Positions 19,035 through 27,692 of a stretch of DNA of 64,000 nt are shown one piece after another. The stretch is from contig OZ245006.1 in the NCBI GenBank assembly GCA_965223545.1, positions 1,472,001-1,536,000 of the forward strand. Reading direction: 5' to 3'. Below the pieces are notes generated by a model. The model saw only the letters and a program-made list of their open reading frames with translations, was not told the DNA's origin and did no database searches. Within the stretch, counting starts at the first letter, position 1, and the number at the start of each line of letters is the position of its first letter. A program made the position numbers and the translations under genes. The stretch is from Planctomycetota bacterium (lineage in GTDB: Bacteria > Planctomycetota > UBA1135 > UBA2386).

Positions 19035-20096
19035 CTACACGAGGTCGGAGTCGCCGAGGTGGTAGCGCCAGTGGTCGTGGAGCTGAGTCCGTGAGGTGTG
19101 GTGGTGCCCCTGGCGGGTGATCCGGTGGGTCAGGTAGCGCGGGCGCCCTTCGAAGTCGGGAGACGGCGCGTAGCCCGCGCGGGCGAAGCACGCCATCAAG
19201 CGCCCGTCGTTGGGGGCACAGATCGCCAGCGCACCGCGGCGGCCGGCGGCGGCGGCGCGCTGCTCGACGTGCGCGAGCAGGGCCGCACCCGCGTCGACGT
19301 CGCAGTGCTCGGCGAGCCAGAGCTCGGCGATCGCCGCGGCACCGGGCGCGATGAGGTCGTGGCGACAGCGCCAAACGCAGTAGCCGGTGAGCCGATCGTC
19401 CAGGAGCACGCTGGCAAACGCGTAGACGCCCTCGGGGTGCTGGGCATAGCGCCATCGCAGCCACTCCGCGTCGCGGACCACGCCGACGGTTCTCGGCGCG
19501 CGGCTCGCGGCGTCCAGCTGATCGGGGCCGGGCAGACGATCGACGACCACGGCTCGTGGATGCCGGACGGCTGGGCGCAGCGGAGTGGCGAAGTCTCGCA
19601 CCAGGAACTCCACCGGCCGGAGCGCGTCGTAGCCCAGGTAGCGCGCGCCGGCGCGTTGCGCGTGCGACGGCGGGAAACCGTACAGCAGGAGGTCGCCGTT
19701 GCGTTCGCCCCAGAGCCGCGTCGCCGTCTCGCCCAGCACCGCAAACACGCCCGGGCGGCGCTCACGACCCGTGCGCCAACCCGGCACGACGAACGTCTGG
19801 ATGACGTGCACGGCGGTGCGCACCGCACCATTGCCGGTGCGAAAACGGACCGGAAAGCCGCCGAAGTGGCCGACGACCCGTCCTCCATCGACCGCGACCA
19901 GTGCCCGGCGGCCGCACGGGTTCTGGCAATACAGCCATTGCCACATCGGCCGCGAGGCGCTCGCTCTGCAGGCGCAAACCTCCGCGGCCGCGACGGCGGC
20001 CGCATCCCGATCGCCGACAGCTCGAATCTCGAGCCGCTCCACGCGCGAGTCCAAACCCCACGGCATCTCTCGGGCGACGCTTGCCGTTTCGATCAT
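19035..20096 (-). CDS. GNAT-family acyltransferase-like protein
   Basis: WQWLYCQNP..VVGHFGGFP..FVVPGWR..GVF..LYGFP..VVRDAEWLRWRY..GDSD, a tandem-GNAT-like pattern. Confidence 0.7.
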   Translation of the reverse strand: MIETASVAREMPWGLDSRVERLEIRAVGDRDAAAVAAAEVCACRASASRPMWQWLYCQNPCGRRALVAVDGGRVVGHFGGFPVRFRTGNGAVRTAVHVIQTFVVPGWRTGRERRPGVFAVLGETATRLWGERNGDLLLYGFPPSHAQRAGARYLGYDALRPVEFLVRDFATPLRPAVRHPRAVVVDRLPGPDQLDAASRAPRTVGVVRDAEWLRWRYAQHPEGVYAFASVLLDDRLTGYCVWRCRHDLIAPGAAAIAELWLAEHCDVDAGAALLAHVEQRAAAAGRRGALAICAPNDGRLMACFARAGYAPSPDFEGRPRYLTHRITRQGHHHTSRTQLHDHWRYHLGDSDLV

Positions 20097-20150
20097 GGCA
20101 CGAGCTCCATCGCCGATCGGCGCATTTGCGATTCTCCAACCAGGCTCGCC

Positions 20151-20240
20151 ATTGTAGCGCGTTGCGGGCGCACAAGAAGCCCCGCCGGGGCGCGATTGCG
20201 CAATCGCGCAAACCACGGCACGGGGCCGCGCTGCTACAAT
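20151..20240. promoter_or_regulatory. Divergent promoter region: two TACAAT -10 boxes with a central 20-bp perfect palindrome
   Basis: TACAAT on minus (20151-20156), GCGCGATTGCGCAATCGCGC (20190-20209), and extended -10 TGCTACAAT on plus (20232-20240). Confidence 0.5.
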
Positions 20241-20298
20241 TCGGGGACGCGCCGCACCGACCGCGACGGCGCGCACATCAACCGTCGAAGGAGTCGTT

Positions 20299-21363
20299 GT
20301 GCATCGATACATCTTGGTGGCCTCCTGCCTGACGTCGACGCTGGCGACGCAGACCACCTCGCCGGCGGCGGTCCCAACTGTCGAGGGCAACCACGCAGTG
20401 GAGCTGTTTCCGTTCGGCATCGACCGTCGCTTCCAGCAGCTGGACGCGACGCATGCCGGCAATCCGATGCTGATCAAGTCGATCGCGCTCCGGCGCGACG
20501 GCATTGGTCCACACGCCGCGCCCGCCCGGCTCGTCGACGTCGAGATCAGTCTCGGCGAGTGCAACCTGACCCTGCCATCCTCGCGCTACGACTACAACTA
20601 CCTCAGCAGCGGGCGCGTCGTCGCGTTCTCGCGCAAGACTGTGCAGCTGCCCGACTGGTCGCAGGCGGCCGGCTCCCCCGCCGCCTTTGATGCCCGCTTC
20701 GTCCTCGACCAACCCTTCAGCTACAGCGGCGGCGGCGGCTTGGTGATCGACGTGACGGCCACCAACTGCCGGACCGCACCCGGTGGCGTGTCTGGTGTCG
20801 GCGGCATGCTGACCGACGCGTTCTCGACGTTGCCATCGGTGGCACCGGCCACCTACACGGGCGTCGGCTGCACGATCGCTGGCCGCAGTGCGCCCTTCCT
20901 ACTGGCGATGCGCATGGAGAACCACGGCAGCAACTTCCCCAGCCACTCGATGCGCATGCGCAACGAGGTGTGGAACGGCCCGGCGAACGCACCGATCCTG
21001 ATCCACTTCGACGTGCAGGACCCAGCGCTGCCGGTGCCATGGCTGTGCTCGACCGTACGTGCCCTCCCCCTCCACCGAGCGCTCCTCGCCAACACCGACA
21101 GCACCGGCCACATGCCGCAGATCGTCATCAACTGCCCGTACCTGCCCACCCTCATCGGCGTCCGCCTCTTCGTCCAAGCGGCGACGGTGGACCCGGGCCA
21201 AGCACCCCTCGCCCCCGTCGTCCTCTCCAACGGTGCGGCCGCGACCATGCCAGCGTCGAGCAACCCGACCGGCCACGACATCGTGTTCCACACGGGACCC
21301 GCCGCGCAACCCGACGCCGAACTCCAGTTCGCCACCGGCCTCGCCATCGAACTCGGCCGCTAA
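20299..21363 (+). CDS. Secreted hypothetical protein
   Basis: Signal peptide (..TLATQ); RFQQLD..IKSIALRRD; CPYLPTLIGVRLFVQA..VLSNG. Confidence 0.75.
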   Translation: MHRYILVASCLTSTLATQTTSPAAVPTVEGNHAVELFPFGIDRRFQQLDATHAGNPMLIKSIALRRDGIGPHAAPARLVDVEISLGECNLTLPSSRYDYNYLSSGRVVAFSRKTVQLPDWSQAAGSPAAFDARFVLDQPFSYSGGGGLVIDVTATNCRTAPGGVSGVGGMLTDAFSTLPSVAPATYTGVGCTIAGRSAPFLLAMRMENHGSNFPSHSMRMRNEVWNGPANAPILIHFDVQDPALPVPWLCSTVRALPLHRALLANTDSTGHMPQIVINCPYLPTLIGVRLFVQAATVDPGQAPLAPVVLSNGAAATMPASSNPTGHDIVFHTGPAAQPDAELQFATGLAIELGR

Positions 21364-21365
21364 CC

Positions 21366-21396
21366 GAACGTACGGAGCCAGGCTCCGATTCATCAC
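21366..21396 (+). repeat. REP-like palindromic element, copy 2
   Basis: GAACGTACGGAGCCAGGCTCCGATTCATCAC, 2 nt after a stop codon. Confidence 0.8.
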
Positions 21397-21415
21397 CAAC
21401 CGCGCGCGGCGAGCG

Positions 21416-22780
21416 TCAACGATAGTGCATCTGCACCGTCAGACCCCGCGTCCCGACCAAGCCGAGGGGACCGAGCGGGTCCTGCACGAAGAACTGCGCG
21501 TACAGATTGCGGCCGTGATGGCGCGCCTCATTGGGGACGAAGAACGCGCGCGACGCGAACCCGGTCGCATCAGTGAAGATCGGGATGATGGCGACCGGCT
21601 TGGTGACCGGTTCGACGAGGAGATGCACGCCGGAGAGGTTGAGGTTGACCTGGCCGTGGCCGAGCAAGAACAGGCCTCCCGCGAGCGGCGGCGCGTCGTG
21701 GACCCGGAATCGCACATTCGGCGCGGTGATGTATGCCGAACCGAACACGTCGATGCGCGGCGCGCGTCCACCACTGCCGAATGTCGCCGGTCCGTAATCA
21801 TGATCGACGGCATCCGGATGCAGGACGGTCATGCTGCCCGCACTGTCCAAAGCCAGCAGCATCCCCGAGGGCAGGTCGGGATCGATCGTCTCGAACGCCG
21901 TGCCAGAGGGGTTGAACCACCCATCCTGAATCGGCGCCCCGGGCACCGCCCAGTCGTGGCACTGATAGTCGCCCGCAGCCGTGATCACGTGGAGGAGGCC
22001 GTCCTCGATCCTGCCGGCGCGCGGCCGCGCCGACAGCGAGAAGCCCGCGACCACGGCGGGAGCCGTCGGGCTGTTCAGATCGAAGCCAGTCACCCCACTC
22101 CGCGTGGACACCGCCAGGTAGCGCGGCCGGTACGTCATGCCCAGAACTTCCGCCCCCGGCAACGCCGCGGTCGCCAACACCGCCGGAAGGCTGCGCGGGG
22201 TCAAGTCGACGACCGAGATGCCGGAGCTGCGGCCACTGAGGCACGCCAGCTGCTCTTGGGCAACGACCCGTTCGAACGCGCCGGCGACAAACCCCCGAAC
22301 GCTCGGATAGCGTGGGTCGGCGGACAGGTCCAACACGACCATCCCGGGCGCGTCCGCAACGACCAGCAACAACTCCGCCTCGCGCGCCACGACAACATCG
22401 GAGCAACCGCTCGCCATCGGCAGTGGCACCGAGCCCACTTCGACCGGCGCCGTCGCGACCGAGCAGTCGAAGACGCGCAACGCCCCGGAGTCCTGCTGGA
22501 CGGCATACAGCCACGATCGAAACATCGAGAGCCGCACGGGCGCGGTGCTCCAACCCGTCGCCGGCACACTGCGCACCGGCACGGCCCCGCCGACGTCGAA
22601 CACCCGCAGCTCACCGGCGACCGCGGCGTATGCGTACTCTGCGTTGGCCCCGGCGTAGCCGACCACGTCGTGCGCCTGCGCAGCCGGCACCGCGGCCAGC
22701 TGCGCCACGGAGGTCACGTTGTGCTGTGGCTGCGCCGCAGCCGTGGCAGCCATCAACAGAGCAACCAGATGTCGAACCAT
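21416..22780 (-). CDS. Secreted LVIVD-repeat-like beta-propeller protein
   Basis: Signal peptide; repeats YAYAA..LRVFDV, LYAV..LRVFDCS..PVEVG, GMVVLDLS..P; shared C-terminal domain. Confidence 0.75.
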   Translation of the reverse strand: MVRHLVALLMAATAAAQPQHNVTSVAQLAAVPAAQAHDVVGYAGANAEYAYAAVAGELRVFDVGGAVPVRSVPATGWSTAPVRLSMFRSWLYAVQQDSGALRVFDCSVATAPVEVGSVPLPMASGCSDVVVAREAELLLVVADAPGMVVLDLSADPRYPSVRGFVAGAFERVVAQEQLACLSGRSSGISVVDLTPRSLPAVLATAALPGAEVLGMTYRPRYLAVSTRSGVTGFDLNSPTAPAVVAGFSLSARPRAGRIEDGLLHVITAAGDYQCHDWAVPGAPIQDGWFNPSGTAFETIDPDLPSGMLLALDSAGSMTVLHPDAVDHDYGPATFGSGGRAPRIDVFGSAYITAPNVRFRVHDAPPLAGGLFLLGHGQVNLNLSGVHLLVEPVTKPVAIIPIFTDATGFASRAFFVPNEARHHGRNLYAQFFVQDPLGPLGLVGTRGLTVQMHYR

Positions 22781-22789
22781 CGCACTCTC

Positions 22790-23305
22790 CTACGGCGGTG
22801 AGAAATCACAAATCAGCACGACGCGTGGCAACCCACTCGTGTTGCCCGCCTCGTGCGGGATGCGGCCATCGAAAGTGAAGGCCTTGCCCACCTCCCACGT
22901 CCGCGTTTGGCCGTGCATGCGAAACAAGCACCCCGGCGGCACGATCAGCCCCAGGTGGCAGCGGAAGCGGCCAACTTCGTCTTCGTCCGCGTGTGGGTAG
23001 ACGTGCGTGCCCGGCCCGAGCCACGAAAACCCGGCATCGGCCAGGTACGGCAAGCCGCGGATCGCGGCCCAGGTGCGCGGACACCGGCGTCGGTTGGCGG
23101 CGACATCGATGCCTTCCATCCCCGCCTGCGAGTGCTTGCCCAACAACAAGCCGAATACGCGCCAATCACCGGCGAACGCCTCGGCGACCGGCCACGGCAC
23201 GAAGTCCGAGCGCAACAGCGCGCTCGCCTCCTCGATGATTGCCGGCGCGTGCCGCTCGAGACGAGCGAGCACTTCGTCGACGGCAAAAGCGTGGGACACG
23301 GACAT
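22790..23305 (-). CDS. Aspartyl/asparaginyl beta-hydroxylase family Fe(II)/2OG dioxygenase
   Basis: CPRT, FSWLGPGTHVYPHAD, RCHLGLIVP, WEVGKAFTFD..HEAGN..RVVLICDF. Confidence 0.88.
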   Translation of the reverse strand: MSVSHAFAVDEVLARLERHAPAIIEEASALLRSDFVPWPVAEAFAGDWRVFGLLLGKHSQAGMEGIDVAANRRRCPRTWAAIRGLPYLADAGFSWLGPGTHVYPHADEDEVGRFRCHLGLIVPPGCLFRMHGQTRTWEVGKAFTFDGRIPHEAGNTSGLPRVVLICDFSPP

Positions 23306-23421
23306 TTGGTAGGCGGGACTCCCCAAACCATTGCGGGCGGTCGCCCGGATCGAGCGCCATCTTACCCCGCACTCGTGGCTGAGACGCCCCCCCAGTGTGC
23401 CGTCCTGGCCCGTGGCGGGCG

Positions 23422-23450
23422 AAGCGAGAAAATCGAGTGCGACTCCGTAC
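23422..23450 (-). repeat. REP-like element, degenerate copy 3
   Basis: Minus strand GTACGGAGTCGCACTCGATTTTCTCGCTT; closely matches the arm of the 62916 palindrome and shares the G of the VOC stop codon. Confidence 0.65.
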
Positions 23451-23920
23451 TACCCGGGGAGGGCTTGGGCGGCGCGGGCTTGCATCTCTTCGGGGGTGAG
23501 GTCTTCGATGCGGGTGGAGATCGACCAGCGGTGGCCGAAGGGGTCCTTGACCATGCCGTAGCGGTCGCCCCAGAACATGTCCTGCACCGGCATCTGCGGG
23601 GTGGCGCCGGCTTCGACGGCCTTGTTGTAGACGGCGTCGACGTCCTCGACGCAGAGGTGCACGATGACGGCGCCGTCGCGGTCGGGGTCGGGCCCGAGGC
23701 TGCCCCAGTCGGGGAACTCGTCGGCCAGCATGACGACCGAGTCGCCGATGCGGATCTGCGCGTGCAGCAACAGATCGGTGCCGGGCATCGGGTTCTGGAA
23801 CTGCACGGCCGCGCCGAAGGCGCGCTCGTAGAACGAGAGCGCCCGCGCCGCGCCGCGGACGACGAGGTGTGGGGTGACGGTGTGAAAGCCCTCGGGGATC
23901 GGATTGACTGCCTTGGCCAT
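23450..23920 (-). CDS. VOC/glyoxalase family protein (PhnB-like)
   Basis: PIPEGFHTVTPHL, FYERAFGA, HAQIRIGDS, DMFWGDRYG..DPFGHRW. Confidence 0.93.
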   Translation of the reverse strand: MAKAVNPIPEGFHTVTPHLVVRGAARALSFYERAFGAAVQFQNPMPGTDLLLHAQIRIGDSVVMLADEFPDWGSLGPDPDRDGAVIVHLCVEDVDAVYNKAVEAGATPQMPVQDMFWGDRYGMVKDPFGHRWSISTRIEDLTPEEMQARAAQALPG

Positions 23921-23937
23921 CGGTCGAGCTCCTCTGC

Positions 23938-26934
23938 TCAGCGGTTGGAATCGGGTTCGGTCGGCGCGAACGCGCGCGCCCGCTCGGGCCTGCCCCAAGC
24001 GACATACAAGTCGTGCAGCGCGGCGCGCGTGCTGTGCACGTGCTCCTGGTCACTGCCCATCTGGCTGGTCATCGCCTGCAGGGTGTCGAGCAGCAGCGGC
24101 TCGGCTTCCGCGAACAGGCCGAGGCCGGCGACGATCCGCGCGATGACCGTGACGCGGATGCCGGCGATCCATCCGGTGTTGCGCGCGCGGACGTCGTCGA
24201 GCTCCGCCAGGGCCTGACGGGCCAACGCACGGGCGGCGTCGGGGTCCTCCGCGGCGCGCAGCTCGGCCTGCTTGATCGCCGCTTCGATCCGCTCCAATTG
24301 GAGCGACGGCCAATGGGCCAGAATCCCCGCTGCCTCGGCGACCATCTCGCCACGCACGCCATCGTCACCCAACACGACCGCATCACTCCACAACAACAAG
24401 ACGCGCGCAATCGTCGCCGCGGCCTCGGAGTCCGGCGGTACGTCGCGCTGGCGCTGCGCGCGCACGCGGGCCACCGGGCCGGCGACCGCGGCGCCGGCGA
24501 CCGGCGGCGGCGACGCCGTGTAGCGCAAACCGCCACAAGCCTGGTTGAGTCGGTCGAGTGCGCTGCACAGCTCGGCGTGCGGCGCCGAGAACACCAGCCG
24601 GGTGTAGGCCCACGGCATCAGCCACTTGTAGGTCGCGGTGGTGCGCGCCAGCACTTCGCGATACGGCTGCGCCATCTCCGGGCGCTGCCAACCGTCGTAC
24701 AACGAGATCAGCCGGCCGAGCACTTCCATCGTGTTGTAGTTGGACTCGTCCCAGATCTCGCGCACCACGGCATACGCCGGCACCAACAGAGCCTCGGCCT
24801 GCTCGAATTCACCGCGCCGGAACAAGCTTTCGGCCAGCGCCGACTCGGCCAACGCGATCTGCCAATGGCGGGCCGGATACACCTCGCGCAGCAACCGCAG
24901 CGAGGCGCGGATGCGCTCCTCCGCCTCGGCGGCGCGGCCGCTGCGCTGCAGGACCCCCACCAGCAGGGTCAAGGTCTCACCGATGTCGGGGTGATTGGCG
25001 GGCAGCACGCGCTCTTTGATGCGCAACGCCTCGGCCCAGAACTCGGCGGCCAGGTGCTCGTGCTCACCGAACCACACCGAGAATCCCGCCGCCTTGTAGC
25101 AATCCGCCAACACTGGCCAGAGTGGATCGTCCTCGGTGAGCACGGCGGCCGCACGCCGCTGGGTCTCGCCGAACAGCTCGGCGGCGCGGTCGAGATCCTG
25201 CGCCAAGAAGGCCGCGTTGAACTGCGCCAGCAGCCGTCCCAGTCCGGCGTCGGTCACGCCGACGTGCTCGTGCGCGGCGCGCAGCGCGACCTGCGAAAGC
25301 GCGTAGGAGTCGTCGCGCTCGAGACGGAAGGCGACGTTGGTGAGCGCCCACAGCGTGTTCCACGCCTCGGCCCCGTCGAGCACCGGCTGCTCCTCGAGAA
25401 GGCCCGCGACCCGCCGCAGGTGGCGCTCGGCGGCCTCGTTCGCGCCGATCGACTTGTAGGCGCGGCCGATCACCGAGCGCACGCGCGCCTCGGCCTCCGG
25501 TCGGCCAGCGAAGGCGGCGCCGACCTTGGCCGAGGCGCGGTCGAGCAGCGTCCGCACCGAGAGATCGGGCTCGCGGGCGACGTCGGGATCGGCGAGGGCG
25601 AGGGTCTGCGCGAGAAAGCCGAGCGACACCTCGGCGTCGTCGCGCCGTCGATCGGCCTCGGCCTTGGCCCACAGCACGCCCAACACACCACCGAGCAAGG
25701 CGAGGACGACCACCACTGCGGCGGCCACCGCACCGCGGTTGCGGGCGACGAACTTCGTCAACAGATAGAGCCGGCTCGGCGGGCCCGCCGACACCGGGCG
25801 CCGCTCCAGATGGCGGCGCAGATCGGCGGCGAGCTCGCTGGCGCTGTCGTAGCGCCGCACGCGCTCCTTCTCGAGCGCCTTCATCACGATCCAATCGAGG
25901 TCGCCGCGCAGCTTGCGGCTCAGCTCGACCGGCGCCGCGCCGCGGCTGCGGCAAATCGCCGCGTCGCCGTGCGTACTGACGCGCGCCGACGGCCGCTGCG
26001 GCGGCTGCTCGCGGATCACGCGCTGGATCTCGCCCAGACCGGCGCGCATCAGCTCCTCGACGTCGAACGGCGGCGTGCCGGTCAGCATCTCGTAGAGCAC
26101 CGCGCCCAGCGCGTAGATGTCGGTGCGCGTGTCGACGTCGAGCGCCGACAGCTCGGCCTGCTCCGGGCTCATGTAGGCCGGCGTGCCGATGAAGCGCTCG
26201 TAGCGGGTGAACAGCGTGCGCTCGGTCAGCTTGGTGTGGATCGCCTTGACGATGCCGAAGTCGATCACCTTGGGCACCGGCCTGCCGTCGAGCAGGGTGA
26301 CCATGATGTTGGACGGCTTGAGGTCGCGGTGGATCACGCCCTTCTGGTGCGCGTGCTGCACCGCGTCGCACACCGCCGCCAACAGCTCGAGCCGCTGCCG
26401 GGTCGGCAAACCGTTGCGGTCGCAGTAGTCGGTGATCGATACGCCGCGCACCAGCTCCATGACGAAGTACGGGCGCCCCGAAGACGTCGTGCCGCCGTCG
26501 AGGATCTTGGCGATGCCGTCGTGGTCCATCATCGCCAGCGCCTGCCGCTCGGCCTCGAACCGGGCGACGACTTCGGCGGTGTCCATCCCCAGCTTGAGCA
26601 CTTTGAGCGCGACCTGGCGGCGCACCGGCTCCTGCTGCTCGGCCATGTAGACCACGCCGAAACCGCCCTCACCGATCACCTGCAGCAGCTTGTAGCGATC
26701 AATGACCGCACCCGGCGCTTCGGCGAGCACGCCCAGCGGCCCCTGCGCGATCGCCGGCGCGGCCGCGCCGAGCGAGCGCGTGTCGGCTTTCGCCAGCATC
26801 CCCTCGAGCCGCGCGCGCAGCTCTGGGTCGTCCGCGCACTGGGCGGCGACGAACGCGCGGCGGTCGGCCGGCGGCAGGTCCATGGCCTGCTGGAACAGGG
26901 TCTCGAGACGGGCGAAGCGGGCGTCCTGCGGCAT
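23938..26934 (-). CDS. Ser/Thr protein kinase with TM segment and TPR repeats
   Basis: IGEGGFGVVY, VALKVLK, HRDLKPSN, IDFG, GTPAYMSPEQ; N-terminal LFQQAMDL..CADDPELR motif. Confidence 0.95.
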   Translation of the reverse strand: MPQDARFARLETLFQQAMDLPPADRRAFVAAQCADDPELRARLEGMLAKADTRSLGAAAPAIAQGPLGVLAEAPGAVIDRYKLLQVIGEGGFGVVYMAEQQEPVRRQVALKVLKLGMDTAEVVARFEAERQALAMMDHDGIAKILDGGTTSSGRPYFVMELVRGVSITDYCDRNGLPTRQRLELLAAVCDAVQHAHQKGVIHRDLKPSNIMVTLLDGRPVPKVIDFGIVKAIHTKLTERTLFTRYERFIGTPAYMSPEQAELSALDVDTRTDIYALGAVLYEMLTGTPPFDVEELMRAGLGEIQRVIREQPPQRPSARVSTHGDAAICRSRGAAPVELSRKLRGDLDWIVMKALEKERVRRYDSASELAADLRRHLERRPVSAGPPSRLYLLTKFVARNRGAVAAAVVVVLALLGGVLGVLWAKAEADRRRDDAEVSLGFLAQTLALADPDVAREPDLSVRTLLDRASAKVGAAFAGRPEAEARVRSVIGRAYKSIGANEAAERHLRRVAGLLEEQPVLDGAEAWNTLWALTNVAFRLERDDSYALSQVALRAAHEHVGVTDAGLGRLLAQFNAAFLAQDLDRAAELFGETQRRAAAVLTEDDPLWPVLADCYKAAGFSVWFGEHEHLAAEFWAEALRIKERVLPANHPDIGETLTLLVGVLQRSGRAAEAEERIRASLRLLREVYPARHWQIALAESALAESLFRRGEFEQAEALLVPAYAVVREIWDESNYNTMEVLGRLISLYDGWQRPEMAQPYREVLARTTATYKWLMPWAYTRLVFSAPHAELCSALDRLNQACGGLRYTASPPPVAGAAVAGPVARVRAQRQRDVPPDSEAAATIARVLLLWSDAVVLGDDGVRGEMVAEAAGILAHWPSLQLERIEAAIKQAELRAAEDPDAARALARQALAELDDVRARNTGWIAGIRVTVIARIVAGLGLFAEAEPLLLDTLQAMTSQMGSDQEHVHSTRAALHDLYVAWGRPERARAFAPTEPDSNR

Positions 26935-27006
26935 GGGGAGGCACCGTCAGTGCGACGGAATCGGGCCCCGACCTTAATTCCAGCGACGCGAAAACCCCGG
27001 CGGCTC

Positions 27007-27570
27007 TCAGTCGCCGAGCTCGGTGTGCAACCAGGGCTTGATGAAGCGCCACTCGCGCTCGATGGTGCCGACCGAGAGGTCGAGGGCGGCCGCGGTCTCC
27101 GCGTTGGTCAGGCCGGTAAAATAGCGCAAGGAGACGATTCGCGCCTTGCGCGGATCGAGCTCCTCGAGCCGGGACAAGGCCTCGTCGACCGCCAGCAGTC
27201 GCTCGGGCGTCCACGATTCCGCCGGCTCGATCGCCGACAACGCGACCCGCTCGGCGTCACCACCGCGCTTCAGCCGTCGGCGCGCGCGGGCCTGCTCGAC
27301 CAGGATGCGGCGCATCGCCACGGCGGCGGCGGCGAAGAAGTGGCCGCGCCCGTTCCACTGCGCGCCCGCATCCTGCGCCAACCGCAAGTACGCCTCGTGC
27401 ACCAGCACGGTGGCCTGCACGCTGCGCCCGGGTGGCCCGTGTGCCAACCGCGCGCGGGCGAGCGCGTGCAGCTCGCCGTACAGAGTCTCGACCAGGGAGT
27501 CCGCGCTCCGCGGCGGAGGGTCGTCACCGGAGTCGGTTGCCAAGGCGAGCAAGGATGCGCCTCGCGGCAC
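27007..27570 (-). CDS. ECF sigma factor, kinase-associated planctomycete type
   Basis: YGELHALA, QATVLVHEAYLRL, HFFAAAA.AMRRILVE.AR..KRGG, LRYFTGL..IEREW. Start uncertain. Confidence 0.92.
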   Translation of the reverse strand: MPRGASLLALATDSGDDPPPRSADSLVETLYGELHALARARLAHGPPGRSVQATVLVHEAYLRLAQDAGAQWNGRGHFFAAAAVAMRRILVEQARARRRLKRGGDAERVALSAIEPAESWTPERLLAVDEALSRLEELDPRKARIVSLRYFTGLTNAETAAALDLSVGTIEREWRFIKPWLHTELGD

Positions 27571-27692
27571 GCGCCGGCAAGGCGATCACACTTTGCGGCG
27601 GCAAGTACGAGAGTTTTTCTCGCGTTTGACGGGCGGCGACATATTCCGCGGCGGCCGATGCCGGATTGCTACGTTTTGGCTGGTTGGCCCCC

